Source: Phyllobates terribilis
Lineage: Eukaryota
Assembly: GCF_046119375.1 (NCBI RefSeq)
Contig: NW_027362768.1
Coordinates: forward strand, 9,052,001 to 9,116,000
DNA length: 64,000 bases
Direction of reading: 5' to 3'
Every line of letters starts with the position of its first letter. Position 1 is the first letter of the stretch. Position numbers and translations under genes: made by a program. The notes below the pieces were generated by a model. The model saw only the letters and a program-made list of their open reading frames with translations, had not been told where the DNA came from and did not search any database. This document shows positions 48,305-61,167 of this stretch, piece after piece.

Positions 48305-50308
48305 AGACAATTTAAATTAAAAAGCTTAGAGCTGCCTCCACCACAGGGGGGCTCGCTCGACCCACCAGCGGACAGGCACCAGTATTGGGAGAGGGGGGCT
48401 GGCCGTCAGGGTTCACCGCGGCTCTGGCACAAACCCGGCGACACGGAGGTGGCACGGGCAGGAGCGGACTGAACGTGTCGGCTTCTCACTTTTTGGATTT
48501 TAGAAGGGCATGACATGCCTATATCTGTGTCTCCCCCTCCTTTTACTCCTCCACCTCTTTTCTTTTCGCATGACTATATGTACTTGTCACTTTTCCATGT
48601 GTTAGTTGTGTCTTCTGAGCAGTTTGTCAGGTTTTGAACACCTTTGAAGGTGTTTTCTATGTGTTTCTATGTGTTTTTGTTTGCCTGCCATTGGTTTTAA
48701 CGGTGTTCGAAGGTGCTCGATGAACAGTTCGACGAACAGTTCGGCGAACACACGGGTGTTCGACGAACCGAACTCGAACACTACGGGGGTGGCTCAACAC
48801 TAATCATAACATCAAGCTATGTACACTGTTTTCACACAGACAGATAATCTATCTTTTCCATTCTGTGAGTGCGCAGAAATCGGTCTGCACTCAGATGTCA
48901 TCCGAGTGCAGCCTCATAATTTCAATTCACTCATAGTCGTGTGCGATCCGAATATTGGATCAAACTCGGGCATGCAGCAACTTTTTTTTGGGACAGACTC
49001 TCAGGAAAAATCGGACACGTACACTGCCCCATAGACTAACATTTGTCCAAGAGCAGAAAAATAATTAAAATTCTTTTTTTTTTCTCTACCCTACCCCCCC
49101 AAAAAAAAATGATCAAAACATTGTTTGTCACTTGTAATGATATTAATAAAAATGTCAGTTCACCACCACTCAAAAAAAACCAAAACATTAACACATTTCC
49201 ATGGAAAACAGAAGAAAAACATTGCCACAAACCAATTTTTTTTGTAAACTTCAGATTTTTTCTCTCTCATTATTAAATAAAAAAAATCAACACAAGTTTG
49301 ATATCAACATAATCATACTGTGCTTGAGAATCATGTCAACAGGTCATTTTTATTTTTAATGGACGTAGATAAAACCCACCAAAAAAAATTAGGAATTGTG
49401 TTTATTGACTGCATTTTTATTCTGCACTGTTGGGAATGGATGGCAACAGAAGTTTTAAGATCTTAAAATCCTCAAAATTTAAATTTTCACTTAATTTAGT
49501 AAAAAAGGCAGAATCGGCACTGCCAATCTTTTTTTTCTCAGTATCACACTGCTGTCACCAACAAAATGGCTCTGCATTGTGATACTAAGCTGTAGACTCC
49601 CTCTCCATTTGTAGACTCCCAGAAGGTGGGGAGGAGTGACATCAGACGCATGCATGCAGATCCAGCCCTCTTTTACTGCAGTCATAATGCAAGCTAGCAC
49701 TACACTAGGTTTTCATGGCAAATGTCAGTAGCTGCTCCCCCTAGTGTTTAAAAGTTGAAAATATAAAAAAAAGTTTTTACATATTTTTTCATATTTCTAC
49801 CATTGAAAAATAAATATATTTTTTTGAATTAATACTTTAATTATTTTAAATTGTTGGAAAAAAAATTCATGACACAATCCATTAAAGTGCACTGAGCTAT
49901 GTAGTGAATACAAGTGATTATTCACAATCAGAGTGAGCATATAGATAAGCTATTGCCTAGTGTCATTATGCTATTCATGGGCACAACTCCATTGCATGTT
50001 TGGTGTGATTAAAGAAGCCTCAAGTTGTGCCAAATGTTTGCGATGTTTTCCAACTCCGGTATCCCACTGAATGAAATATATACAAGAAATTGACAAAAAA
50101 ATACCCTGACACTCCTGGCAATACTGCACTCTTTACTCAAATTAAGGTTGAAAATGGTAAAAGAGGAACATATTCAATTGAATAAAATATACTGTATTTA
50201 ATTGTAAAATACATGCTTCTTCTCTGAATGAGTCTATGTCAAACGGTTCGATCACACTATTGATGATTCTCTCATTATTATTATTATTTTATTATTATTT
50301 ATTATTAT

Positions 50309-50331
50309 AGCGCCATTTATTCCATGGCGCT
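50309..50331 (-). other. L2 3'-tail stem-loop (AGCGCCAT-GGAATAA-ATGGCGCT); also at 24124-24146
   Basis: Perfect 8-bp stem next to the tail repeat; analogous to the UnaL2 recognition stem-loop. Confidence 0.75.
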
Positions 50332-50513
50332 TTACATGTGAAAAAGGGGGTATAATACAAGAACAATTTCAATAATCTTGAACACAATGTGACAGCGACT
50401 GGTACAGGCGGAGCGAGGACCCTGCCCGCGAGGGCTCACAATCTACGAGGGATGGGTGAGGATACAGTAGGTGAGGGTAGAGCTGGTCGTGCAGCGGTAT
50501 GGTGGAGCGGTGG

Positions 50514-53500
50514 TTACTGCAGGTTGTAGGCTTGTCGGAAGAGGTGGGTCTTCAGGTTCCTTTTGAAGGTTTCCACGGTAGGCGAGAGTCTGATACGTTG
50601 GGGTAGAGAGTTCCAGAGTAGGGCGGAAGCACGGGAGAAATCTTGTATACGGTTGTGGGAGGAGGAGATAAGAGGGGAGTAGAGCAGGAGATCTTGTGAG
50701 GATCGGAGGTTGCGTGCAGGTATGTAACGGGAGACTAGGTCGGAGATATATGGAGGAGACAGGTTGTGAATGGCTTTGTATGTCATGGTTAGGGTTTTGA
50801 ACTGGAGTCTCTGAGCAATGGGGAGCCAGTGAAGAGATTGACAGAGAGGAGAGGCCGGGGAATAGCGGGGGGACAGGTGGATTAGTCGAGCAGCAGAGTT
50901 TATGATAGATTGGAGGGGTGCGAGAGTGTTAAAGGGGAGGCCACAGAGCAGGAGGTTGCAGTAGTCGAGGCGGGAGATGATGAGGGCGTGCACTAGTGTT
51001 TTTGCAGATTCATGGTTTAGGAATGTGCGGATCCGGGAGATATTTTTAAGTTGGAGTCGGCAGGAAGTGGAAAGGGCTTGGATATGTGGTTTGAAGGAGA
51101 GTTCCGAGTCCAGGGTTACCCCGAGGCAGCGAGCTTGAGGGACTGGGGAGAGTGGGCAGCCATTGACTATGATGGATAGGTCAGTTGGGAGGGTTGAATG
51201 AGATGGCGGAAAGATGATGAATTCTGTTTTGTCCATGTTAAGTTTTAGAAATCTAGCAGAGAAGAAGGATGAAATAGCAGACAGACATTGTGGGATTTTG
51301 GTTAATACGGAGGTGATATCGGGTCCAGAGAGGTAGATCTGTGTGTCATCAGCATAGAGGTGATAATGAAAGCCATGAGACTCTATGAGCTGTCCCAGGC
51401 CTAAGGTGTAGATGGAGAAGAGCAGGGGTCCTAGAACTGAACCTTGGGGGACACCGACAGATAGGGGGCGAGATGAAGAGGTGGTGTGTGAGTGGGAGAC
51501 ACTGAATGTCCGGTCTGTTAGGTATGAGGAGATCCAGGATAGGGCCAAGTCTGTGATGCCGAGAGATGAGAGAGTCTGTAGTAAGAGGGAATGGTCCACT
51601 GTGTCGAAGGCAGATGACAGGTCTAGGAGGAGGAGGACAGAGTAGTGTCGCTTAGATTTGGCGGTTAGTAGGTCGTTGGTGACTTTAGTCAGTGCAGTTT
51701 CAGTAGAATGGTGCGGTCGGAAACCAGATTGTAGGCGGTCAAAGAGGGAGCAGGAGGAGAGGTGGGAGGACAGTTCAGAATGGACATGTTGTTCCAGTAG
51801 TTTTGAGGCATAGGGGAGAAGTGATATGGGGCGATAGCTAGACACAGAGGATGGGTCAAGGGAGGGCTTTTTGAGGATGGGTGTGATTGAGGCATGTTTG
51901 AAACATGAGGGGAAGACACCAGTTGTTAGTGACAGGTTGAAGAGGTGGGCTAGGGCTGGGATGAAGATAGTGGTAAGGTTTGGGATGAGGTGGGACGGGA
52001 TTGGGTCAAGTTTACAGGTGGTGAGGTGTGATTTGGAGAGTAAGGAGGAAAGTTGATCTTCAGAAATGGTGGAGAATGTAGTTTTGGAGGAGGAGGGTTG
52101 AGTAGGTGTGGGGAGGGGCTGTGGGGGCTTTAGGCAAAAGCTTTGTCTGATAGTGTCAATCTTCTGCTTGAAGAATGAGGCAAAGTCTTCGGCTGAAATA
52201 AGAGGAGAGGGAGGAGGCACTGGGGGACGGAGGAGAGAATTGAAGGTGTTGAATAGTTGTTTGGGGTTGTGGGACAGGGAGGATATGAGAGATGTGAAGT
52301 ATGTTTGTTTTGCTGTAGTGAGTGTGGACTTGAAGGTAGTGAGGGACTGTTTGAATGCGATGAAGTGCTCATGGGAGTGGGACCTTTTCCATCTACGTTC
52401 AGCAGCCCTGGAGGCCCGTCGCAGTTCTTTAGTTAGGCTGGTGTGCCAGGGTTGTCTGTTGATTGTGCGAGTCTTGGTATGCATGAGGGGGGCGACCGAA
52501 TCGAGAGCTGCAGCTGTTGTGGTGTTGTATAAAGTGGCAGCAGCATCTGCATCATGTAAGGAACTAATGTCTGTAAGAGGGAGGAGGGATTCAGAGAGAG
52601 AGTGTAGGTCAAGGTGTTTGAGATTTCTACGAGGGTATTCAAGTTTGTGGAGTGGGGATTGTTGCCCCGGGGAGGAGAGAGAAGAGAATGTGAGTAGGTT
52701 GTGGTCAGAGAGAGGGAGAGGTGAGTTCGAGAGGTTAGATAGGGAACAGAGGCGGGTGAAGATGAGGTCCAGCGTGTGGCCGTCTTTGTGGGTGGGTGTG
52801 GAAGACCACTGGGTAAGACCAAAGGAGGAAGTGAGGGATAGAAGCTTAGAGGCAGCTGAGAGGGAAGTGTCAATGGGGATGTTAAAGTCGCCCATGAGGA
52901 TAGTGGGGATGTCAACAGAGAGGAAATGAAGTAGCCAGGTGGTGAAGTGGTCAAAGAAAGTGGTGGCTGATCCTGGGGGGCGGTAGATGACAGCCAGTTG
53001 GAGGTTGGAGGGGGAGTAGATGCGCACACAGTGCACTTCAAAAGACGGGAGAGTAATTGCGGGCGGCAGTGGGATCTGGGTGAAGGAGCAGTTTTCTGAG
53101 AGGAGGAAACCTATTCCTCCACCGTGCTTGCCGTTGGGGCGGGGGGTATGGGAGAGGTGGAATCCGCCATACGAAAGTGCAGCAGGAGAGGTTGTGTCGG
53201 AGGGGGTGAGCCAGGTTTCAGTGATTCCGAGGAAGGAAAGCTTGTTAGTGATGAAGAGATCGTGAATGTAGGAAAGTTTATTGCAGACAGAGCGAGCGTT
53301 CCATAGAGCTCCTGTTAGTGGAACTGGGGAAGCGGGGGCTGGGCGGATGGGTGTAAGGTTAGAAGGGTTACGAGAGTTTGGGATAGATCGGGGGTAGGAG
53401 GTGGAAGTGAATGTAGGGATGTGGTGAGGAGGGCCAGGATTTGGAGAGATGTCGCCGGCAGTAAGGAGGAGCAGAGAAAGCGTTATTAGGTGGGAGCAGG

Positions 53501-53690
53501 AGAGGGCATGAGGTGGCTGTCTGTGTTTGGAGACAAAGGATTGTATGTTGTGGAATAGCTCTGAGGAAGAGGTGAGATGGGTGGGGAGAATGGAGGGAGA
53601 GATGAAGAGTTCCTTTCCAGGTGTAGGGATTAGGGGTGGTTGAAAGAAGTGAAGGATTAAGGGGGTGAGAGTGAAAACAAAAACAAACAT
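50514..53690 (-). CDS. L2 LINE ORF2, 1058 aa: N-terminal peptide + 2A-like motif + APE endonuclease + reverse transcriptase
   Basis: Uninterrupted frame; WNARS, GITETW, MGDFN, SDHNL (APE); [25 protein letters not shown] (RT). Confidence 0.95.
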   Translation of the reverse strand: MFVFVFTLTPLILHFFQPPLIPTPGKELFISPSILPTHLTSSSELFHNIQSFVSKHRQPPHALSCSHLITLSLLLLTAGDISPNPGPPHHIPTFTSTSYPRSIPNSRNPSNLTPIRPAPASPVPLTGALWNARSVCNKLSYIHDLFITNKLSFLGITETWLTPSDTTSPAALSYGGFHLSHTPRPNGKHGGGIGFLLSENCSFTQIPLPPAITLPSFEVHCVRIYSPSNLQLAVIYRPPGSATTFFDHFTTWLLHFLSVDIPTILMGDFNIPIDTSLSAASKLLSLTSSFGLTQWSSTPTHKDGHTLDLIFTRLCSLSNLSNSPLPLSDHNLLTFSSLSSPGQQSPLHKLEYPRRNLKHLDLHSLSESLLPLTDISSLHDADAAATLYNTTTAAALDSVAPLMHTKTRTINRQPWHTSLTKELRRASRAAERRWKRSHSHEHFIAFKQSLTTFKSTLTTAKQTYFTSLISSLSHNPKQLFNTFNSLLRPPVPPPSPLISAEDFASFFKQKIDTIRQSFCLKPPQPLPTPTQPSSSKTTFSTISEDQLSSLLSKSHLTTCKLDPIPSHLIPNLTTIFIPALAHLFNLSLTTGVFPSCFKHASITPILKKPSLDPSSVSSYRPISLLPYASKLLEQHVHSELSSHLSSCSLFDRLQSGFRPHHSTETALTKVTNDLLTAKSKRHYSVLLLLDLSSAFDTVDHSLLLQTLSSLGITDLALSWISSYLTDRTFSVSHSHTTSSSRPLSVGVPQGSVLGPLLFSIYTLGLGQLIESHGFHYHLYADDTQIYLSGPDITSVLTKIPQCLSAISSFFSARFLKLNMDKTEFIIFPPSHSTLPTDLSIIVNGCPLSPVPQARCLGVTLDSELSFKPHIQALSTSCRLQLKNISRIRTFLNHESAKTLVHALIISRLDYCNLLLCGLPFNTLAPLQSIINSAARLIHLSPRYSPASPLCQSLHWLPIAQRLQFKTLTMTYKAIHNLSPPYISDLVSRYIPARNLRSSQDLLLYSPLISSSHNRIQDFSRASALLWNSLPQRIRLSPTVETFKRNLKTHLFRQAYNLQ
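53430..53489 (-). other. 2A-like (StopGo) peptide [19 protein letters not shown]|P
   Basis: Residues 68-87 of ORF2; matches the D(V/I)ExNPGP consensus except E to S; preceded by a leucine-rich stretch. Confidence 0.7.
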
Positions 53691-56441
53691 TGTTTACTGT
53701 GACTTAGTATCCAGGTACCTTCAGTTCACTTCAGGTTCAATTCAGGATTAATTCAAATTTCAGACACTTCAGCTCATGGACACTTAAGCTGAGGGACACA
53801 GACTTCTCTCATGTGAGAGGATCGGGCTGATTATGCTAATGACACTCGGCTCAAACTCCTATCCGAGTTTGATCTGAGTGTCATTTTGCTGTGATCCGAT
53901 TCTCTCACATGAGAAAATTGGAACACAAGCGTGGAGAAGATGGAGAACTTAATATCTCCATCTTCTCCATTGTCAGAGTCCGCAGATGTCGGACTGCACG
54001 TAGATGACATCCGAGTGCAGTCCGATGTTTCAAGTCTATGGGTGTGTGTGATCTGATTTGCGGAGCCACTCACAGCATGCTGCAATTTTTTTCCACTGAC
54101 CAATTCAGTCTGTAGAAAAAAATCACATATCTGCACTGCCCCATAGTATAACATTGATCTGAGTGCTATCCAGTAAAGCATCAGCTAGCACTTGGCCGTG
54201 TTATACGCTCTTAAGAGCAATCCCAAAAGGTACTAGTTTTTTACATCAGTGTTTTTTTCAAGACTTTCTTCTAACGTAATGAATGAAGAAAAAAGAACCC
54301 ATAATCGATAGAGTGCAGGACAAAAATATTGAGAAAAAACTAAAATATAGCTTTTATTGAAGATAAATTAAACAAGTATGTACTGTATGTGTTCCAGCAC
54401 AATAGACTTACTATTGTAATCATAAAGTAATGAGTGGAAACGGAACTAATGATAAAAATTATGTAAGGAAAACATTTGCATTGCTGGAAAATAGTACGGG
54501 GGCATGTCTTTGTAAAATTTCTTAAGATAGAGAAAAGAGGGGGAGAAGGGAGAAGAATAAAAGATACATTATGAAGAAGAGCTCAGGAGCACAAACAGGA
54601 GATTTAAAAGTGAAGCATTACAATGTTGAAGAGGAGAGATTCTCAAGTGACCGATCTCTACCATAATATAATGTAATAGATATAATGTGAAAAATATATG
54701 TCTATTGCTAAGTATGTTCCAAATAGCTTGTAATTATCCAATTATCATGTCACATGAATACTCTTCCAGCATATAACTGGTTAGCAGTCAGCTCGAGGCT
54801 TTATTTTGCCTTGTTTATACCACATTCCGTCCTCTCGATATATACACACACATCAACCCATTAGAAAAGCTCAACACACACAAAAATGTGGTTTCTTTTG
54901 CCATAAAATTTTAATTAGGCTTTTGGCAGGAAACTGTTCCATGGATTAAATTGATTCATTCTTTCGTAATCAAATGGTGTAAAATGGAAGGTTTTAAAAT
55001 CAAAATTAGGCAAGAGAAAAAAAAAATAGCAGTGAACATAGTCGAAATAGACCCCTGTATTTTGCTGATTAGTTGAAGGATTCATCAAGGCAGGGTCTTA
55101 AGGATCATGACCTGCAATTTAAACCTTTTTATTGATTCACATTAATGGCAGTTTTCGAAACAGATATTGTTAGTTGTGGGAGGTAAATCAGACTGTGGCT
55201 GCTGATTTGCAAATTCCGTAAAACCATTTTGGATCAATTTAGCGTTCAACCAACATTATCTCTGAGGTGAATTAACACATAGTGCTTGCTCAAAAACCAC
55301 AGAATAACAATCCAAAGATATCAGCAGTGACTGTAACCACAACATAATGTAAGTAAATCAAGCAGCATTAGCAACTATAAAGGCACACAGATCTAGAAGA
55401 GCTGAGGTAATCAATGCAGAAGATTTCTTTTTTTTCAGTGCCTTGAAGACCAACATTAAAATACTTTAGCTTTAAGACTTTAGGTCATACTTGTCAAATG
55501 TGACTGGTTTGCTTTTGCTAGAAGTCAGGAACACAGCGTTGCACCAGATGAACCAGCCCCTTCTGAGAGGCCATGTTCACATGTCCAATCTCGTATCCTG
55601 CTCTCCTTGTTCCCAGGCTACCTAACCTGTTAACCATTGGTAATCTTATATGAGCACTGTTTCTGGGAAGTTTACAAAGGGTTCAGGTGGCACAACGAAG
55701 ACAGGTCAAAGTTTCTAGGAATCCAGGAGTTTTTTTCTCTTTCTCGGAGTCTCATAAATGTACATAAAACCTGTCAGGTTAAAGTTAACTTATTGTCTCT
55801 CCTCCAGAAGGAAGAAAACTGCCTCTCAAGTGTCATCTATTGGTGGCTACACTGTAACTAAATCAATGTTCCTCTCATTAAAGATCACTTAAACATGACT
55901 AAAGTCAGCCATTCACATTAGATGGCTGTTGACTGAAAGAAGCTTTAGCAGATCGGCTGACAGCCATTTCAGCCAACTCTCCCGTATACAGTTGTGCTCA
56001 AAAGTTTACATACCCCGGCAGACTTTTTCCTTTTTTGGCCTTGTTTCAGAAAATATGAATGATAACAAAAAACTTTTTCTCCACTCATGGTTATTGGTTG
56101 GGTGAAGCTATTTATTGTCAAACTGCTTTGTTTTCTCTTTTTAAATGTTAATGACAGCCAAAAACATCCAAATGACCCTGATCAAAAGTTCACATACCCC
56201 AGTTTTTAATACCGTGTATTGCCCCCTCTAAAATCAATGACAGCATGAAGTCTTTTGTGGTAGTTGTGGATGAGGTTCTTTATTTTCTCAGATGGTAAAG
56301 CTGCCCATTCTTCTTGGCAAAAAGTCTCCAGTTCCTGTAAATTCCTGGGCTGTCTAGCATGAACTGCATGCTTGAGATCTCCCCAAAGTGGCTCAATGAT
56401 ATTGAGGTCAGGAGACTGAGATGGCCACTCCAGAACCTTCA

Positions 56442-56711
<270 letters not shown>

Positions 56712-57548
56712 CTAAATGTAACGTTTATGGTTGTGACCAAAAAGTTAAATTTTGGTTTTATCACTCCAATTTACCTTGTTCCAGAAGTTTTGAGGTTTGT
56801 CTCTGTGCTGTTTTGCATATTGTAGGCGAGATACTTTGTGGCATTTGCGCAGTAATGACTTTCTTTTGGCGACTTGACCATGCAGCCCATTTTTCTTCAA
56901 GTGCCTCCTTATTGTGCATCTTGAAACAGCCACACCACTAGTTTTCAGAGAGTCCTGAGTTTCAGCTGATGTTATTTGTGGGTTTTTCTTTGCATCCAGA
57001 TTTTCCTGGCAGTTGTGGCCGAAATTTTTGTTGGTCTACCTGACCGTGGTTTGGTTTTTACAGAGCCCCTGATTTTCCATTTGTTAAACACAGTTTGAAT
57101 GCTGCCGACTGGCATTATCAATTCCTTGGATATTTTTTTGTATCCTTTTCCTGTGTTATACAGTTCAACTAACTTTTCCCGTAGATCCGTTGACAATTCT
57201 TTTGCTTTCCCCATGACTCACAATCCAGAAACGACAGTGGCTGGATGAAAGATGCAAGAGTCTGTCTGGATCCCATAAACTCACCCAGCTTTTATGCACA
57301 CACATTGATTACAAGTAAACAGGTCACAGGTGAGGATGTTACCTTTAGTAGCCATTCAAACCCATTTGTGTCAAATTCTGTGCATGTTATCAGGCCAAAA
57401 TCACCAGGGTATGTGAACTTTTGATCAGGTTGTCTGTAATAGGATGAAGTTGGTGCTGGGAATAAAACCATGCTCCTCCGTGGTGAAGAAATTTGACGAG
57501 AGATTGTATATTAAACAATCTTGTAGTTTATTACTAAAAACCTAAGAT

Positions 57549-57589
57549 TACTACGCGTTTCGTGGACGTCCCGTCCACTTCCTCAGGTG
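57549..57589 (-). ncRNA. Minimal type-I hammerhead ribozyme motif (inverted copy)
   Basis: Minus strand: CAC CTGAGGA A GTGGACG GGA CGTCCAC GAAA CGCG TA GTA. Confidence 0.6.
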
Positions 57590-58472
57590 CATAGCTGATG
57601 AAGACCGATTCATCAGATGGTCTTATATACATAAATGCACACGTGGAAATAAAAAAAAACACTGTTAGTCTTGGCGTAAAAAACAACAAACGGTTTACAG
57701 AAAAAACAATGAAAATATTGATAAACTAGTTATACTCTTATGGATATATAATGTAAACCATAACAAATGGTAAACCATAACTAGATTGCATCTCCTTCCA
57801 TTCCCTCAGTTCTCTGTCTTCTGTCATTCAGCCAAAGAGGTGTGAGATCCAGTGCAAGGATCTGGAAGCTCTTATCTTCAATACATGGTAATAAACAGCT
57901 AAGGCCTCAGGATCTTACACACTTGCAGTCCACAGTTATCTTCTCTGCCTGTCCTCCCTCCTCTCCCCCTTTTTTTTACTGACAAACAGCACATACCTAA
58001 CACACTAAAAGCAGACTTGCACCTTTATACAGGGAATACATTGCACATTCTTCTATTCTTTCAGCTCTCAGGTTTCTGCCTGTCAGCCGACTAGGTGTGA
58101 GGTCTGGCTTAGCGGTCTGGACACTCTGATCTTTCACATATGATACAAAAGAGTCAAGACTTTGGGATCGCATACACTGCAGTCCATAGTCAACAACAAA
58201 ATTTATCCAATGTGCGTGAATATAAATGTAATTATATTTTGTATTTGAATGATTCCATTCCAGAGGTTATATCATTTGTTATGGTTTACATTATATATCC
58301 ATAAGAGTATAACTAGTTTATCAATATTTTCATTTAATTTATTTATCAATAATTTCACTGTTTTTTCTGTAAACCGTTTGTTGTTTTTGGCGCCAAGACT
58401 AACAGTTTTTTTTTTCCACGTGTGGATTTATCTATATAAGACCGTCTGATGAATCAGTCTTCATCAGCTATG

Positions 58473-58513
58473 TACCTGAGGAAGTGGACGGGTCATCCAC
58501 GAAACGCGTAGTA
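58473..58513 (+). ncRNA. Minimal type-I hammerhead ribozyme motif
   Basis: TAC CTGAGGA A GTGGA cgggtca TCCAC GAAA CGCG TA GTA: CUGANGA core, stem II, GAAA, palindromic ACGCGU stem III, GUA triplet, 3-bp stem I. Confidence 0.65.
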
Positions 58514-59171
58514 ATCTTAGCTTTTTAGTAATAAACTACAAGATTGTTTAATATATACAATCTCTCGTCAAATTTGTTCACCACGGAGGAGCGCGGTTTT
58601 ATTCCTGGCACCAACTTCATCCTATTACAGACAACCTTCCAAGATCCCTAGGGATTCTGTGCTGGCTGCAGCCCTTCGCTACTAATTCTTACATGAGTTG
58701 TGCATTACACATTTTCTTTTACCTACTTGGCTATTGTTGGATAACAGTGCTATTGCGCCCCTATCTCTCCACTTATTTTCAACTTTTGATCAGGGTCATT
58801 TGGATGATTTTGGTTGACATTAAGATTTAAAAATAAAAAACAGTTTTTTGACAATTAATGGTTTCACCCAACCAATAACCATGAGTGGAGAAAAAGTTTT
58901 TTGTTATCATTCATATTCTCTGAAACAAGGTCAAGAAAGGAAAATTTCTGTAGGAGTATGTAAACTTTTGAGCACAACTGTACAGGAGCATTCGTTTGGC
59001 CAAACACTCCTGTGTTTTCTATGAGAAAGTCGGCGGCTTATCTCCAGTAGAGCAATGTGATCTGCAGTCCTCAATCAGACATTGACCCCCCCATTGACAG
59101 TTGGCCGGCGCCCTCATACACATTAGACTATCAGCTGAAAACTTCAATCTTGACGGGTTCAGCTATTAGTT

Positions 59172-59322
59172 CTTGTAGATTGTGAGCCCTCGCGGGCAGG
59201 GTCCTCTCTTCTTCTGTACCAGTCGGTGACTCGTTTTTGTTCAAGATTATTCTACTTGTAGTTTGCTATATGTACCCCTTTTCACATGTAAAGCACCATG
59301 GAATAATTGGAGCTATAATAAT
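59172..59322 (+). mobile_element. Short 3' end of the same L2 family
   Basis: GTAGATTGTGAGCCCTCGCGGGCAGGGTCCTC...CACATGTAAAGCACCATGGAATAATTGGAGCTATAATAAT is the reverse complement of ~50300-50445. Confidence 0.85.
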
Positions 59323-61167
59323 TATGTGAATGGCGAAAACCAAAGAAATGAACCGGGACACATGTTGGCATAAGAGCAATGTGTAGGTGCATATTCACAC
59401 TGTGGCCATTTAACAGACAGATCCTAGAATAAGAACAAAATGAGCAAATACCCTGAAGTAAGTAAATAGTAATAGTACATGTAAATAACATATGGCATTT
59501 AGTTAACACTATTTTGATCAAAAGAGCCTAAAAGCCTTCCCACTGCGACAAGGTATACACTACCAGGATGGTCCCTTAAGCTCCTAGTTTACCTTGCTAG
59601 GTGTCAGCAGACCTCAAAATAGATAAGGGCAGAGCAGGACCCAGACATAACTGTTTTGCACCTGTCCGTGGAAAACTATGTAGACAAGATGCTGACACAT
59701 GGTCTGCTGACAAATAGCGAGGTGAACTATAAGGGTCCATCCTGATTACCTCAGACCATAATTTGTACTTTTTACTGCTTCTTATGCTTTGTAGTATTTT
59801 TATGCATGATTATTTTGCACTAATTCCATTGTATACCAGAGTCCTATAAATATACCCCTAATAAACCTATTGCATTTTAAGGAACTAACAATATGTGGGG
59901 ACTAAGAACAGATATTCCATCACTAGATATAACTGGAGGTCCTTTAAGTTAGTTCATTGGGTACCCCTTATAATTTCAGAATGCATACTAACGGGTTATC
60001 ATAGCGAAATGTATCATTATTTAAGGAAAACCTGTCCCTCCCTATTCAATCTGCCATCTGTGATACTGTTTTCAGGTTGATAGGTATAAGTTATTGGTAA
60101 GATCGATCCTTTATCACATTGGTAATGTGGTATCTATGCCTTTTCAATTTGTTAAATATTAAAAGTTTTATTCTTCAATTTCTGGGAATAATGAATAATC
60201 CAGCAGTTAGACAACTACTGTAATATTTTATGCTTTATCCAATCGATGACCCATAACCATAGGTCATGAGAAAACCATATTTGCGTGAACAGTAGGTTGA
60301 TGGGTGAGGCTGGACCTCTACATACGTCCTAGGATGAGTTGTTTGCTTGGATAAATTCTACTAACTGTAAAAAAAATATACAGAATTTACTAATCTTCTT
60401 TGGTTTAATGTAATTGATGTTTAGCAGTTATGACATGAGATATATTTTATTTCTCTAAATGAATGTTATGGCTGCTCTTATTTGTCAAATATAGTAGAGA
60501 ATGTTTTGCTTATTTCGAATGATTACAAAATGGATTAATAATAACTGAGCGAAAAACAACATTTCTCAGCCACTAATTAATTTAATAAGGCGAAGTCAAT
60601 TACACATAAATACATGAACGTTGTTTTTATTATTGTTTTAGTAAACTGGAGACGAGCTACTTTCTTCTTTCAATGAATGCATCATTCATTTCTGTGCAGT
60701 AGAAGGGATAGGCTTACTCTACAGGATTAAAGGCTGAATTTTTAATTTACAAACTGAGTTTTTGTTGGGATTTGACTTCAATTTGCCTTTATGGTTTTAT
60801 ATAAAGCTTGGTATTAATGGCTCAGGAAGGAGGGAGCATTTTAGCTCAGTTGCTTCCTTGTCACTTAGAATAGATAGGCTGCCTTTTGCTATGCAATGCT
60901 TTCCATGCTATTTTTTTTTTTTTTTAATTAAAACTTAGAGGAATTTTTTGGACTATGACCTCTGAATAAAATCAAAAAGCAAACAAGATAGATCACTATA
61001 GTGGAAAAGGTTAACAAAAAATAAATTGAAGCAAATTCATTATATACTAATTGAAGTTATTATACTGTACTAGTATTTTAGTTATTTTACAGCAATGTGA
61101 CATTTTAATTTTTAAATTTACTTCTCCCAACAAACCTTTAATTGACATTTGATCAGTTGATCTCTAT

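Larger units (their letters stand above)
23703..48802 (+). mobile_element. Composite hAT element 2 (25.1 kb)
   Basis: TIRs TAGAGTTGAGCG / GGCTCAACACTA; exact 8-bp TSD ATCATAAC at 23695-702 and 48803-10; both arms are homologous to those of element 1. Confidence 0.93.
50276..53803 (-). mobile_element. L2 LINE (3.5 kb) with intact ORF2
   Basis: (TAA)n-type tail at 50276-50308; 9-bp TSD TTCTCTCAT at 50267-75 and 53804-12. Confidence 0.95.
57430..58780 (+). mobile_element. Penelope-like non-coding insertion: inverted arm, spacer, arm, tail; 14-bp TSD
   Basis: AACTTTTGATCAGG at 57416-29 and 58781-94; arms 57430-57769 and 58273-58634 are inverted; hammerhead motif in the arms. Confidence 0.82.

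Noticed and set aside
13984-48802. A single 34.8-kb element bounded by the two outermost inverted hAT ends
   Set aside because: The outer flanks differ (ATCGCGGA versus ATCATAAC); each instead matches an inner flank, defining two separate elements.
52108-53041. 273-aa antisense and 202-aa alternative-frame ORFs over L2
   Set aside because: Low-complexity shadows of the L2 ORF2 codon bias with no recognisable motifs.
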